Source: a virus. Taken from it: 64,000 nucleotides of DNA. The notes beneath the pieces were generated by a model. It saw only the letters and a program-made list of their open reading frames with translations. It ran no database searches and was not told the origin of the DNA. The translations under genes were made by a program, and so were the position numbers. Positions within the stretch are counted from its first letter, which is position 1; each line of letters starts with the position of its first letter. Below are positions 19,538 to 28,528 of this stretch, in pieces. Location of the stretch: the IMG/VR virus record IMGVR_UViG_3300031673_000004, positions 1-64,000 of that record, one strand, 5' to 3'.

Positions 19538-21186
19538 CAGAATTCCTCTTCTACAGGAGAATTTTCACTAATTATTTCCCTGATTTCAGGCAGCCATGAT
19601 CTAGCAATGCCCATATCCTGCTCTTGCTCATCAGCCATTTCGTTTTCTTCAGATATACCCATGGGCATATCTGCTGGGGCAACCTGCCCGGAAGGCCATC
19701 CTGGTATGTATTTACCCATACTGACATCTTCAAGCAAATCTTCTATGGCGTGCATTTCAGTTAATGAAATATTGTGTCGGCTTTCCCGACTTTGCACTGC
19801 ATAAATCGGATCGTCCTGTCCCTCATGATATTCACTCAGCAGTTTAAATAATTCAAAAATATCAGATTCTCCTGCATACTCAGGAAGATCTAGTCGGTAT
19901 TCAGAGGAAAGTTCTGCCGCTTCAACCCTTTTTGAAACGGCACATACTGTTCCGATCTTTAGGTCATGTTTCTTACACGCCCCACCAACAAGTTCTAACA
20001 CAGCACTGGTTGTAGGGTAAGACCACCAATCGGGAGATTTCGGTTGGATATTTGATACTATCTTTCCAATCTCTAGCCCATGTGGGGAATCCATCAAGAA
20101 TACAATATCGATTGGGAACTGCACAGACCCCATGTGGAAAGTAGCACTTCCTTCTTCTTCAAACGGAAAGAGCAAACCTTCAGTAGGATCTAGCGAGTCA
20201 AACACTTCTAACCCGGCTGCTTTCTGCATTGGTGTTGCTGCTATATAGGCAGAAATAGTAGTTCCATTATCAAACTTAACTCGCATACGGTCAGTGTTCG
20301 AATAACCAATTCTAGCAACTGTGGTTGCTATTTTAGTCATTTTTGCCTTCCTAACTGGCTTTACTCTGATAGATGCTGTTTCCAATCCAGATGGTCCTAG
20401 TTCTGGTTCTAGCATACGTGTGCCCGAGGGTAATGCTTCTGCAGGGGTCTGTGGTGTCTGGCTTTCAGGAATGGCCGGGTTCTTATCAAACCCGCTTTGG
20501 ATACCCCTGTATAATTCGCTGAATATTTCAGCTAGTACTTTGGGATCGAAAATCCTAGAAATTGCATTAGTTATACGCTGATTTATGGGAAGCTTTGCTT
20601 CAGGGTCAATTTTCAAAAATTCACTTTGTAGTACCGTGTTAGGCACATATGCATCTTCTGGAATCTCATTTGCATATGACTCTATAAGCTGCATAACTGA
20701 GCGCTGTGCCTGTTCGTAGTTGCTAAAATCCTGTGCGGTAAGATCCACTGATGCAAGAATTGCAAGGAATTCTAAATTAGTATTCAAGGACGCTTTCCAC
20801 TTTTTCCATGCAGGAAAAAACTCATCTTCAAATTCCTGCATCTCTTCAATAGTCTTGTTCAGATGAAATGAAGATTCCACTTCTTTTTTCTTTGACTTCT
20901 GAAATTTATTTTTGTTTTTATGTGTCCGATCCTTAGTATCTTTCACATCCTCTACGTTAGGATTCTTTACTTTTCGCATCACTTCTTGTTGGTATTGTTG
21001 TCCTATTCCTTTTACCAACCTATAGTTCTGTGCAATCAGCCATTCAGCTAACCGAGTCAGCATAGCTTTGTCGGTAATACCATGACAAGCTGTATGATAA
21101 TCATCCTCACTAATGTAGCCTTGAAATTTTTCCAAGGATGCAAAATGAGATTTAAGCGTAATAAGCCGCGCCATGGTACCCACCAT
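19537..21186 (-). CDS. DUF192-domain-containing protein
   Basis: AATPMQKAAGL...GLLFPF...FHMGSVQFPIDIVFL...AVLELVGG is a DUF192 signature within a 549 aa ORF. Confidence 0.75.
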   Translation of the reverse strand: MVGTMARLITLKSHFASLEKFQGYISEDDYHTACHGITDKAMLTRLAEWLIAQNYRLVKGIGQQYQQEVMRKVKNPNVEDVKDTKDRTHKNKNKFQKSKKKEVESSFHLNKTIEEMQEFEDEFFPAWKKWKASLNTNLEFLAILASVDLTAQDFSNYEQAQRSVMQLIESYANEIPEDAYVPNTVLQSEFLKIDPEAKLPINQRITNAISRIFDPKVLAEIFSELYRGIQSGFDKNPAIPESQTPQTPAEALPSGTRMLEPELGPSGLETASIRVKPVRKAKMTKIATTVARIGYSNTDRMRVKFDNGTTISAYIAATPMQKAAGLEVFDSLDPTEGLLFPFEEEGSATFHMGSVQFPIDIVFLMDSPHGLEIGKIVSNIQPKSPDWWSYPTTSAVLELVGGACKKHDLKIGTVCAVSKRVEAAELSSEYRLDLPEYAGESDIFELFKLLSEYHEGQDDPIYAVQSRESRHNISLTEMHAIEDLLEDVSMGKYIPGWPSGQVAPADMPMGISEENEMADEQEQDMGIARSWLPEIREIISENSPVEEEF

Positions 21187-21189
21187 TTC

Positions 21190-21732
21190 TTAAAAATCGT
21201 CTAGTTTTTCCGCACTATCTACTGGCTCTTCGTTAGCTGGCTCTTCTGGTTCTTTCTCTGTGCTACTCTTATAAGATTTTTTATGCCACTTGTTGGACTT
21301 CTTTTTATCCTTCTTATGATCTGTTTCAGCTAACAGTTTTTCAACTGGATCTTCCTTTTTTATCGTGGCCTTGGGTTTCTTATACATTTTTTCTGTAACA
21401 TCTTCTTTATCTTTTAGATCTATAACCCTTGGCTTCGCAAGAACTTTTGACTTTACAATCTTAGGAAGCGGTTTCTTAACAGCGCTAACAGCTACACGCT
21501 GGGCTATAGGTACTACTTTCTTAATCGGAACTTTGGGAATGGCTACCTCAGAATCATGGACCAGAATCAATGCATTGACACTAAACAACTTTTTCAGGAG
21601 GGGATTCGTCTTTATCCACTTCCTGGAGCAATGAGGATCTAAATCAAATGATTTTCCAGGGGTCAGGATAATACTCCCTACTTCCAAATCTACGGGTAAA
21701 TTTCCGGGCATGCAGTTTTGAATTTTGTACAT
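21190..21732 (-). CDS. Hypothetical Lys-rich protein
   Basis: 180 aa ORF with AAAGGAG RBS. Confidence 0.6.
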   Translation of the reverse strand: MYKIQNCMPGNLPVDLEVGSIILTPGKSFDLDPHCSRKWIKTNPLLKKLFSVNALILVHDSEVAIPKVPIKKVVPIAQRVAVSAVKKPLPKIVKSKVLAKPRVIDLKDKEDVTEKMYKKPKATIKKEDPVEKLLAETDHKKDKKKSNKWHKKSYKSSTEKEPEEPANEEPVDSAEKLDDF

Positions 21733-21756
21733 TGGTAAATCTCCTTTCTGAGAAAA

Positions 21757-21793
21757 ATCTTACATCGATATGCATCCTAATATTAAACTACCG
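21757..21793 (-). promoter_or_regulatory. Putative late promoter (CGGTAGTTTAA plus TAAGAT)
   Basis: Recurring bipartite motif. Confidence 0.6.
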
Positions 21794-23773
21794 TCTAGAT
21801 CCCTTGGGTTCCAAATGAACTACTCGTCCAATTTTTCTATTTCTACCACCGCGAATTCGCTGCTTCATCTGCACTTTTCGCAGTTCAGGTATAGAAATAA
21901 CCTCCTCGGAATGCAACAATAAACGATGTACCCCTACATAGCACTGAATCATATCGTTTGAGCCACCAGGTGGGTGATCCACTCGCACACCATCGTCATT
22001 TAGCTTGCGTAACTCCCACAAGGCTTTTGAACATGGTAAATTCCTAGCGATAGATGGATCCATGAAATCATTCTCTCTAGCCGGAAAACTTACTTTCATT
22101 TCCCCCATAGAGTTCACAAACCGTACATGGTCATCTCTATTTATATCTTTCTGGAAAGCTAATATTCCAGCAGTTCTCAACATATGTATCTGTTCGGTGG
22201 AGTTCCAACGGTCATAGGACATGTACCTGATTGATAACATCCTATTCAATTTCAAGATAATTTCAGTCATAGCAGGAAAGTAAACTTCGCGTGGGGGCAA
22301 GCCCTGCTTATTATTTTTGTGAATTGGGCGGCACTCTATGGCTCCATCGATAATTGCTACATCATCCGGGCTTAAATGTCCAATTGCTAAACAAAAACTA
22401 TCCTGTCGTTGACCAGGGTCACAATGAATCACGTATTCTATTAAGTGTTTATACTTAACCTCCACAACCTCTGGCTTTATATAACTGAACTTGTACTGAT
22501 CTAATCTCTCATCGAAAAATACTTCACGGGTAGTCAAACTGGAAGATCTATTTTTATCCACACAGATCTCTATAATAGCAGTATTCGGAATTAGTGGATT
22601 TTCTGCACCGGGAGGATTCGCCCCATAATCTCGTTCAGCGCCGAGTGGATCAGATGCAAATTCATCTGCAAGATCCTCTTTGCTAATATCTGGATTGAAT
22701 TCCCATGTTGATCTATGAAACGCAAACATCTTCTCGGATTTACCTGCCTGTTTCAGGAGAAGCATCGCCTTGTCATCTTCAAACATGGGGGAGGAGATAC
22801 AGAACATTCGAGCATCCGGGATATCATAAATACCTTGTTTATGTAACCGTTCCACAGATGCTTTAATTGTAATCAACGAGCGCTTCAACACACGGTAAAC
22901 CTCTGTAGCACTGCGCTTGCTATCACCTGTATCCATTCGGCTGATTTCATCTATAACTGCAAAAATTCTAGTTTTTCCGGCGATGGAACTTGAGTTTGAA
23001 GTCAGAGATTTAATTCTAATGTGCTTTTCTTTAAAATGGATAGATTTCTCAGTTTGCCAATAAAGTGTGCCTCTCCGCAGGGTATTATCCAGAATCTCTA
23101 AATCTAGTAGTGCCTTCCTGTAGTTCTGAAACCAGGGAGAGTTATCGTAAAGGCCTCTAAAGTGCCCATAGATTGTTTCACTAGCCTGCTCACCAGATGC
23201 TGCTACAAAGGCAGCATCAATCTCCTGACTCTTTACTAACCCCAGTTTTTCCTGAAGTTTATCTACCTGCAGCAACTCATGTATGATTGCAGCAGACATA
23301 CAGGCTACTAGCACGGACTTACCTCCGCGCATCCCAACAACACCAATTAGCTCATTAAAATTATTGAACACACGGGGGTTCTGCAGTTTAGTAAACCCAC
23401 ATTTTGGACAAACATTATACCTAAATAATATCTGTTTATCTCTATATTTTTTTGCTTTAGTATCTGAGGCCCCCATCATCTTAGGGTCTACCGTAGAGTA
23501 GACTTCTTCAAGATTGTTACACGTAGGGCATAGCAGTTCAAAGAAGTCACGGACCACAGCAAACTGCGGGTAATGTAACTGTGGACCATCTAAAAATTTA
23601 GGCGACTCGATAAATTCCAATTGATTGGGAGCAAGCTCTAACTGTACTCTCCCCTTACTTCTTGGCCTTGCCTGTATGCAACCATCCAATAGCCCTGAAA
23701 TGCCATCGAAGATATTACTTTCCTTATCTTCGCTTTTTGGGCCAATCTGCATTGAAACAAGATCTTTAGTCAT
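21788..23773 (-). CDS. terL: Terminase large subunit
   Basis: Walker A VGMRGGKS, Walker B AVIDE, motif III CISSP, and RNase H-like HCDPG...DSF, YDRWNS, HPPGGSND. Confidence 0.88.
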   Translation of the reverse strand: MTKDLVSMQIGPKSEDKESNIFDGISGLLDGCIQARPRSKGRVQLELAPNQLEFIESPKFLDGPQLHYPQFAVVRDFFELLCPTCNNLEEVYSTVDPKMMGASDTKAKKYRDKQILFRYNVCPKCGFTKLQNPRVFNNFNELIGVVGMRGGKSVLVACMSAAIIHELLQVDKLQEKLGLVKSQEIDAAFVAASGEQASETIYGHFRGLYDNSPWFQNYRKALLDLEILDNTLRRGTLYWQTEKSIHFKEKHIRIKSLTSNSSSIAGKTRIFAVIDEISRMDTGDSKRSATEVYRVLKRSLITIKASVERLHKQGIYDIPDARMFCISSPMFEDDKAMLLLKQAGKSEKMFAFHRSTWEFNPDISKEDLADEFASDPLGAERDYGANPPGAENPLIPNTAIIEICVDKNRSSSLTTREVFFDERLDQYKFSYIKPEVVEVKYKHLIEYVIHCDPGQRQDSFCLAIGHLSPDDVAIIDGAIECRPIHKNNKQGLPPREVYFPAMTEIILKLNRMLSIRYMSYDRWNSTEQIHMLRTAGILAFQKDINRDDHVRFVNSMGEMKVSFPARENDFMDPSIARNLPCSKALWELRKLNDDGVRVDHPPGGSNDMIQCYVGVHRLLLHSEEVISIPELRKVQMKQRIRGGRNRKIGRVVHLEPKGSRR

Positions 23774-24329
23774 CTTTTAATTTGTCCTCGATAGGGTAAC
23801 GAGGCTTATACATATATGGCTGTTCTCCCACATATGACATGTTTTTAATCTTAAACGTTCTAATACCCCCACTTTCTAAATCATATGCAAATAAAATTAT
23901 TTCTCCATTTCTGTGAGTAATCTTGTACGGTTCTACATTTCTGGAAGATTTTTTATTATCCGAGGCTACGTAATCAAAACTTACAACGGATGTACTAGAC
24001 ATAGCCTTCCGCACCACGTTCAAAGTCGTGCTGGCAGACTCTTTTTTTGAGGTATTTAGCAGGGTCTTTGGTGGGGTCTGCGTACCGTGCTCGGTAGTAT
24101 GATCTCTGAGAGTAATCGCTGACATTTTTTTTACAGGTTCTTTCCCAGATCTTTTAGTATTTGGTAGTTCAGTAAATGTACTTATCACCCCACATTTTTG
24201 ACAGGTAAATGTAGTTCTATCCTTCCCAGGCTCCGTAAGCACCATCTTGTTAGACTTACAACTCGGGCATACTTTTCCGGTTTGTGCTAAGATTTGCCGG
24301 TTCTTTGATCGTTTGTTATAAATGTACAC
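23766..24329 (-). CDS. Zinc-ribbon plus WYL-domain protein
   Basis: CPSC...CQKC, then FDY...RNVEPYKI...LFAYD...IRTFKI; start uncertain (GTG at 24329 assumed). Confidence 0.75.
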   Translation of the reverse strand: MYIYNKRSKNRQILAQTGKVCPSCKSNKMVLTEPGKDRTTFTCQKCGVISTFTELPNTKRSGKEPVKKMSAITLRDHTTEHGTQTPPKTLLNTSKKESASTTLNVVRKAMSSTSVVSFDYVASDNKKSSRNVEPYKITHRNGEIILFAYDLESGGIRTFKIKNMSYVGEQPYMYKPRYPIEDKLKDD

Positions 24330-24346
24330 AACTACTTTCGTTTCGG

Positions 24347-24766
24347 TTACTTTACACAATAAACAACTGTAATTACTGTAGCTGTTCCTAACACCAACCC
24401 TACACAAAATGCAAAGTAAGGGTTGCGATACCAAGCATTCCTATTATCCAATTCTTTTTGTAACCTAATATTTTCTACAACTAAAAACTTCTTTTCATCT
24501 AAAAGCGTTGTATTTGCCGAAGTTAGCGTTGCAATCTGCAGTTGATTATTTTTTATTTTGTTATCCTGTTGTTCGATCTTTAATTGTAGCTTAGGATTAT
24601 CCATGCGGTATTGTAGGAGAGTCTGCGCATCCTTTTCCAGAAATCCAACGTAGGTAATTTCTCCCAATTGAAATTTATGAATATCTAGTTCTGCAGGAGG
24701 AGTATCGGCAAAGGCAATGCAGGACATACACATGCAAACACAAATTATGGGCAACTTCCTATACAT
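24347..24766 (-). CDS. Secreted coiled-coil protein with C-terminal TM helix (spanin-like)
   Basis: Cys-containing signal-like N-terminus, heptad repeats, hydrophobic C-terminus. Confidence 0.5.
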   Translation of the reverse strand: MYRKLPIICVCMCMSCIAFADTPPAELDIHKFQLGEITYVGFLEKDAQTLLQYRMDNPKLQLKIEQQDNKIKNNQLQIATLTSANTTLLDEKKFLVVENIRLQKELDNRNAWYRNPYFAFCVGLVLGTATVITVVYCVK

Positions 24767-25125
24767 TAGCGTATTCCAATTTCCTTGAATTTGGCAATAA
24801 TTTCATCAGCAGTCATGCTGGGAGTTAACTTTTCTTCCAATGATTTTTCTACTTTTGCGATATCTTCATCTATTTTCTTGTCTGTTTCTTTTAGCTTTGC
24901 AAGATCTTTCATATCTGCATCATATTTTATTTCTAATCCCTGTAGTTTTAATCGTGCGTTTAGAATAGCAAGGCTATTCTCCAATGCGCGGATTTTAGCA
25001 TTCTTTCTTCCCCACCAAAAAATTAGAATAGAAAATACTATCACGCAAACAATTAGCAGAAATAGTTTTAGATGGTTACTAATCCATTTGAACGCTTTCT
25101 GGACAAATGCCCATACAGTACTCAT
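24766..25125 (-). CDS. i-spanin-like protein (N-terminal TM plus coiled coil)
   Basis: LFLLIVCVIVFSILIFWW followed by a helical charged domain. Confidence 0.5.
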   Translation of the reverse strand: MSTVWAFVQKAFKWISNHLKLFLLIVCVIVFSILIFWWGRKNAKIRALENSLAILNARLKLQGLEIKYDADMKDLAKLKETDKKIDEDIAKVEKSLEEKLTPSMTADEIIAKFKEIGIR

Positions 25126-25135
25126 GTGATCTCCG

Positions 25136-25702
25136 TCACTTGTTTTTCTTTACAATGTAAGGATTATCTAGATGTTTACTATAAAAGCTTTTAGCAGAAA
25201 AATTCTTCAATAAATTTGAGAGCACCTTATGCCAAAACCCATCAGGTATTCTTTTAGATCCAGTTACCATTTCTTGGTTATTCTTTTTGTCTAATTTGGC
25301 AAATCCATTTGGAAAATATTTCTTTTCTATATCGCTCCAAGTTAGTGATCCATCGGGTGCCGCTTCGAATGTTTCAGCACGCCCGTAATCATCAATATAC
25401 CTTACCACTACTGGATAAATTACAATTCTAGCGTCCGAGACATCCGTGGCGGGTTGTACATAGATAGAATACAACTCTCCGGTTGCTAAATCGGCCACTG
25501 TAAGCTCATTTCCCGCAAGAGTCCCAGATTGGTTGATATAATCATCCCATGCAACTTCCAGAGTCCCTACAGGTTTAGGAGTGGGTTGCTGTGCAACTTC
25601 TTGTTCAAGTTCCTCAAATTCTTCATTAGACATGGGAAGAGTTGTATTCTCAGATGTATAAGGATCTTCCAGAGGAACATCTGCAATATGTCTTTTTTGC
25701 AT
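25136..25702 (-). CDS. Hypothetical protein
   Basis: 188 aa ORF with AAGGTG RBS, downstream of a late-type promoter. Confidence 0.6.
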   Translation of the reverse strand: MQKRHIADVPLEDPYTSENTTLPMSNEEFEELEQEVAQQPTPKPVGTLEVAWDDYINQSGTLAGNELTVADLATGELYSIYVQPATDVSDARIVIYPVVVRYIDDYGRAETFEAAPDGSLTWSDIEKKYFPNGFAKLDKKNNQEMVTGSKRIPDGFWHKVLSNLLKNFSAKSFYSKHLDNPYIVKKNK

Positions 25703-25729
25703 GAAGACACCTTTCCATAAAGATGCCTC

Positions 25730-25766
25730 ATGATATGATATAATTAAAGACTATGTTTAACTTCCG
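25730..25766 (-). promoter_or_regulatory. Putative late promoter (CGGAAGTTAA plus TATCAT)
   Basis: Recurring bipartite motif. Confidence 0.6.
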
Positions 25767-25772
25767 TCAAGA

Positions 25773-25943
25773 TTAATGGCGCACGATGGGTGTTGCAGCA
25801 TCTTCCCCCAACTGGAGCATCAGACACTCTACACGTTCCTGCAATTCTGCAATGGTGCGCTTCAGTTCGCGGATTTCCTTTTTCAATGCTTCATTTTCTT
25901 TGTGCTTGGTCACAAGACTCAATCCAAGATTAATGCCTTCCAT
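25773..25943 (-). CDS. Small coiled-coil protein
   Basis: Manual translation MEGINLGLSLVTKHKENEALKKEIRELKRTIAELQERVECL... (56 aa); GAGGAG RBS; has its own promoter. Confidence 0.65.
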   Translation of the reverse strand: MEGINLGLSLVTKHKENEALKKEIRELKRTIAELQERVECLMLQLGEDAATPIVRH

Positions 25944-25961
25944 GAGTTTCTCCTCACTAAT

Positions 25962-25990
25962 ACTGTAGGCACGGAGGAAAGGATTGTCAA
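25962..25990 (-). promoter_or_regulatory. Sigma70-type promoter
   Basis: TTGACA-N17-TACAGT. Confidence 0.7.
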
Positions 25991-26052
25991 GTAATTCTTT
26001 AGAAATTACTTTATAAGTTTGATTTAACTGAGGAAAACCTGATGTGCTGGAG

Positions 26053-26493
26053 TTACTTTACGTTCTTACGCGCTATTGCATCCGGAAGGGCATCAACCGT
26101 ATTGGCACCTAGATAAATAATTAGGCACCATTTCAAACCAGACAGCCACTCGGCTGTAGGTAGGAATCCACCGGATTCTCCCTTTGGGATAAAAAAGGCA
26201 ACTGTAAGAGTTACAATAAACAGTAACGCCAAAAACATTTTTCTGCCACCAAAAAATTCAAACAGTGCATTTGTTCCGTTATTATCTTCTAATTCTGTAT
26301 CAGTCCTGTAAAACACATCAGGAAGTGCTTTGATTGTATTGGTTCCAAGATAAATAGCTAAGCACCATTCTAATGCCTGGACCCAACTTTCTGGAGTAAT
26401 CCAAGCAATAAAAAATCCAACAGTTGCAAATACATAAAAGAAAAGAGCAAGAAAATATTTTCTACCACCAAAAATATTGAATACTTTAGTCAT
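26053..26493 (-). CDS. Holin-like membrane protein with internal duplication
   Basis: Two copies of FGGRKxFLAL...WCLxIYLGxNTxxALPD; about 4 TM helices. Confidence 0.6.
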   Translation of the reverse strand: MTKVFNIFGGRKYFLALFFYVFATVGFFIAWITPESWVQALEWCLAIYLGTNTIKALPDVFYRTDTELEDNNGTNALFEFFGGRKMFLALLFIVTLTVAFFIPKGESGGFLPTAEWLSGLKWCLIIYLGANTVDALPDAIARKNVK

Positions 26494-26568
26494 GAAAGCC
26501 CTCCAAAATTAGGTTATCCAAAGATGTAAGGAGTGTATGACAGATTTATTTTTAATATTTAAGTAATG

Positions 26569-27429
26569 TTAGGGTTTAAAACCGATGCACTTAGGCTTAT
26601 ATTGCTTTAGGCGTTCTGCAGATATTCTTACAGCATCCTTGTTATTGTCTATCATAATGAATTTACGCCCCAGGAGCGCTGCAGCTTCCCCGGAGGTAGA
26701 TGCCCCAGCGAAGAAGTCAAGCACGGTGTCTCCGGGCTTTGAATGGACGCTGACGATACGTCTGAGAACCCCCAAGGGCTTTTGGGTTGGGTATCCAGTA
26801 CGCTCTTTTCCATTGGTCGGGACAATTGTGTGCCACCAGGAATCTGTAATCGTCTTCCCACGAGCAGCTTTCTCTTTTCCAACTAGTCCAGGAGCCATGT
26901 ACGGGATTCTTTCAATTACATCAAAATTGAACGTATACTCTTTCGGGTTCTTAGTGTACCACAAAATATTATCATGTTTTGCAGAATACCGTTTCTTTGA
27001 CCTACCACCGTAATCGTATATCCAAAGGATTTCATTTTGGAAACATTCTCTTCCGAAAATTCCGTCAAGTAAAATTTTTACATAATGAACTTCTCGATAA
27101 TCCAAATGTACGAATAAAGATCCTGTCTCCTTCAATAAAATATAAGCATTGGTTAGTCTGGGCTCTAGAAATGAAAGATAGTCAGAAAAAGAGTCCTCAT
27201 ACGCCATAGTTCCATTTTTTACAGTTTGATAACGTTTTCCACCAAAGCCGATACGATCCCCTAGCATACTCTGTGTAGTTTTTAATCTGGTATGTTTTCT
27301 TAGTTTTTTTGTATTGAACGGCGGATCTATATAAATAAGATCAATAGATCCTGCTTTCATACCTCGCAGAATCTTAAGATTGTCTGCAAGATAAATCTTA
27401 TTTGTTCCAGAGTTTTTTTGCTTCTTCAT
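26569..27429 (-). CDS. Orphan DNA methyltransferase (N4-C/N6-A, beta class)
   Basis: IDLIYIDPPF precedes YPTQKP and VLDFFAG; likely ATG at 27429. Confidence 0.92.
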   Translation of the reverse strand: MKKQKNSGTNKIYLADNLKILRGMKAGSIDLIYIDPPFNTKKLRKHTRLKTTQSMLGDRIGFGGKRYQTVKNGTMAYEDSFSDYLSFLEPRLTNAYILLKETGSLFVHLDYREVHYVKILLDGIFGRECFQNEILWIYDYGGRSKKRYSAKHDNILWYTKNPKEYTFNFDVIERIPYMAPGLVGKEKAARGKTITDSWWHTIVPTNGKERTGYPTQKPLGVLRRIVSVHSKPGDTVLDFFAGASTSGEAAALLGRKFIMIDNNKDAVRISAERLKQYKPKCIGFKP

Positions 27430-27763
27430 CGATAGGCTCGTTAGTTCTTCGAAATATATTATTTTTACACGGATAAAATTCTCCTGCAATTCCTTTTATA
27501 ATCCAGTCACTTGGGCAAACACGATGGCCGTTCTCCAGTGTATCAATCCAGCCATGCTCGTGAAATCGCACGCCACATTCAGAACAAAGACTCTCCCCAT
27601 CTATATCAGGGTGTCGAAAGTATCTTACAATTTTTCCCCCACCCAAGAATGGCTTACCGTCTGATCCTGTGAATGTATCGCAGTTATCGTCAGGGTGGTC
27701 GCCATTTTTGAACCACTGCACAGCGTCAATTTCTACCGGGAGTTTTCTAAACTTAGCCATCAC
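27398..27763 (-). CDS. Conserved phage hypothetical protein
   Basis: KFRKLPVEIDAVQW...IDTLE...DWIIKG..GEFYPCK motif common in phages. Confidence 0.75.
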   Translation of the reverse strand: MMAKFRKLPVEIDAVQWFKNGDHPDDNCDTFTGSDGKPFLGGGKIVRYFRHPDIDGESLCSECGVRFHEHGWIDTLENGHRVCPSDWIIKGIAGEFYPCKNNIFRRTNEPIDEEAKKLWNK

Positions 27764-28467
27764 GCCTCATCCCCAATAAACTCATCGTCGTCTTCGTCTT
27801 CATCAAAAACATCGCTCTCTTCCTCTTCCTCTTCCTCTTCCTCTTCCTCTTCCTCTTCCTCTACAGGCTTAGCCTTCTTCTTAGTTTTCTTTGTAGCTTT
27901 CTTTGTACTCTTTTTCTTTGGTTTCTCTTCTTCTTCCTCTTCCTCTTCAACACTTTCCTTGGGGTTACCAATCTTTTTTACTATAGTTTTCTTTTCCAGA
28001 TTCTCCAATGCATCTTCAACTACATGCCCAATACGGACGAGATTTGTAGTGTATAACCCGTGGCGTTTGATAATTGAACCAAATTCTTCAACATCGTGGG
28101 GGAGGATAGAATACTTAGGTTCCCCTGTCTTTTCATCGTCTTCCACGAAACAATGTTCCAGTTCATGATCTACCACAGCCAGCTTTTGTTTATCCGAAAG
28201 CTCTTTCCAAGTTGGGTAAGCTGTTGTAATCAAAAAGTGATACCCAGAAAGCGCATGGTGCTTTTTACTAATTTTCTCAGCAGTTGCTGCAACTTCCACA
28301 CCCTTGGAAGTTATAGCCTTATTTTTGAAAAGCCATGCTATACGGCACTGAATCAAATGGCTATGATATTTAGGAATCAGTTGTTTGCCAATCTTCTCTA
28401 CTTCATCCGCAGGGTCAAACTGGGTTGGAACTGCCTTAGTCGCGTTGCCTTTATTAGTTTTCGCCAT
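27760..28467 (-). CDS. Putative phage metallopeptidase with Lys-rich and acidic tail
   Basis: VVDHELEHC...PHDVEEF..IIKRHG; likely start MAKTNK at 28467. Confidence 0.8.
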   Translation of the reverse strand: MAKTNKGNATKAVPTQFDPADEVEKIGKQLIPKYHSHLIQCRIAWLFKNKAITSKGVEVAATAEKISKKHHALSGYHFLITTAYPTWKELSDKQKLAVVDHELEHCFVEDDEKTGEPKYSILPHDVEEFGSIIKRHGLYTTNLVRIGHVVEDALENLEKKTIVKKIGNPKESVEEEEEEEEKPKKKSTKKATKKTKKKAKPVEEEEEEEEEEEEEEESDVFDEDEDDDEFIGDEA

Positions 28468-28528
28468 AGCAATTTTTCCTTTCCCAAATATTATACTCAG
28501 AAAAAAATTAATTTGGAAGAAAATTTTT

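Noticed and set aside
26569-27429. Restriction-modification system
   Set aside because: No adjacent restriction endonuclease; orphan methyltransferases are common in phages
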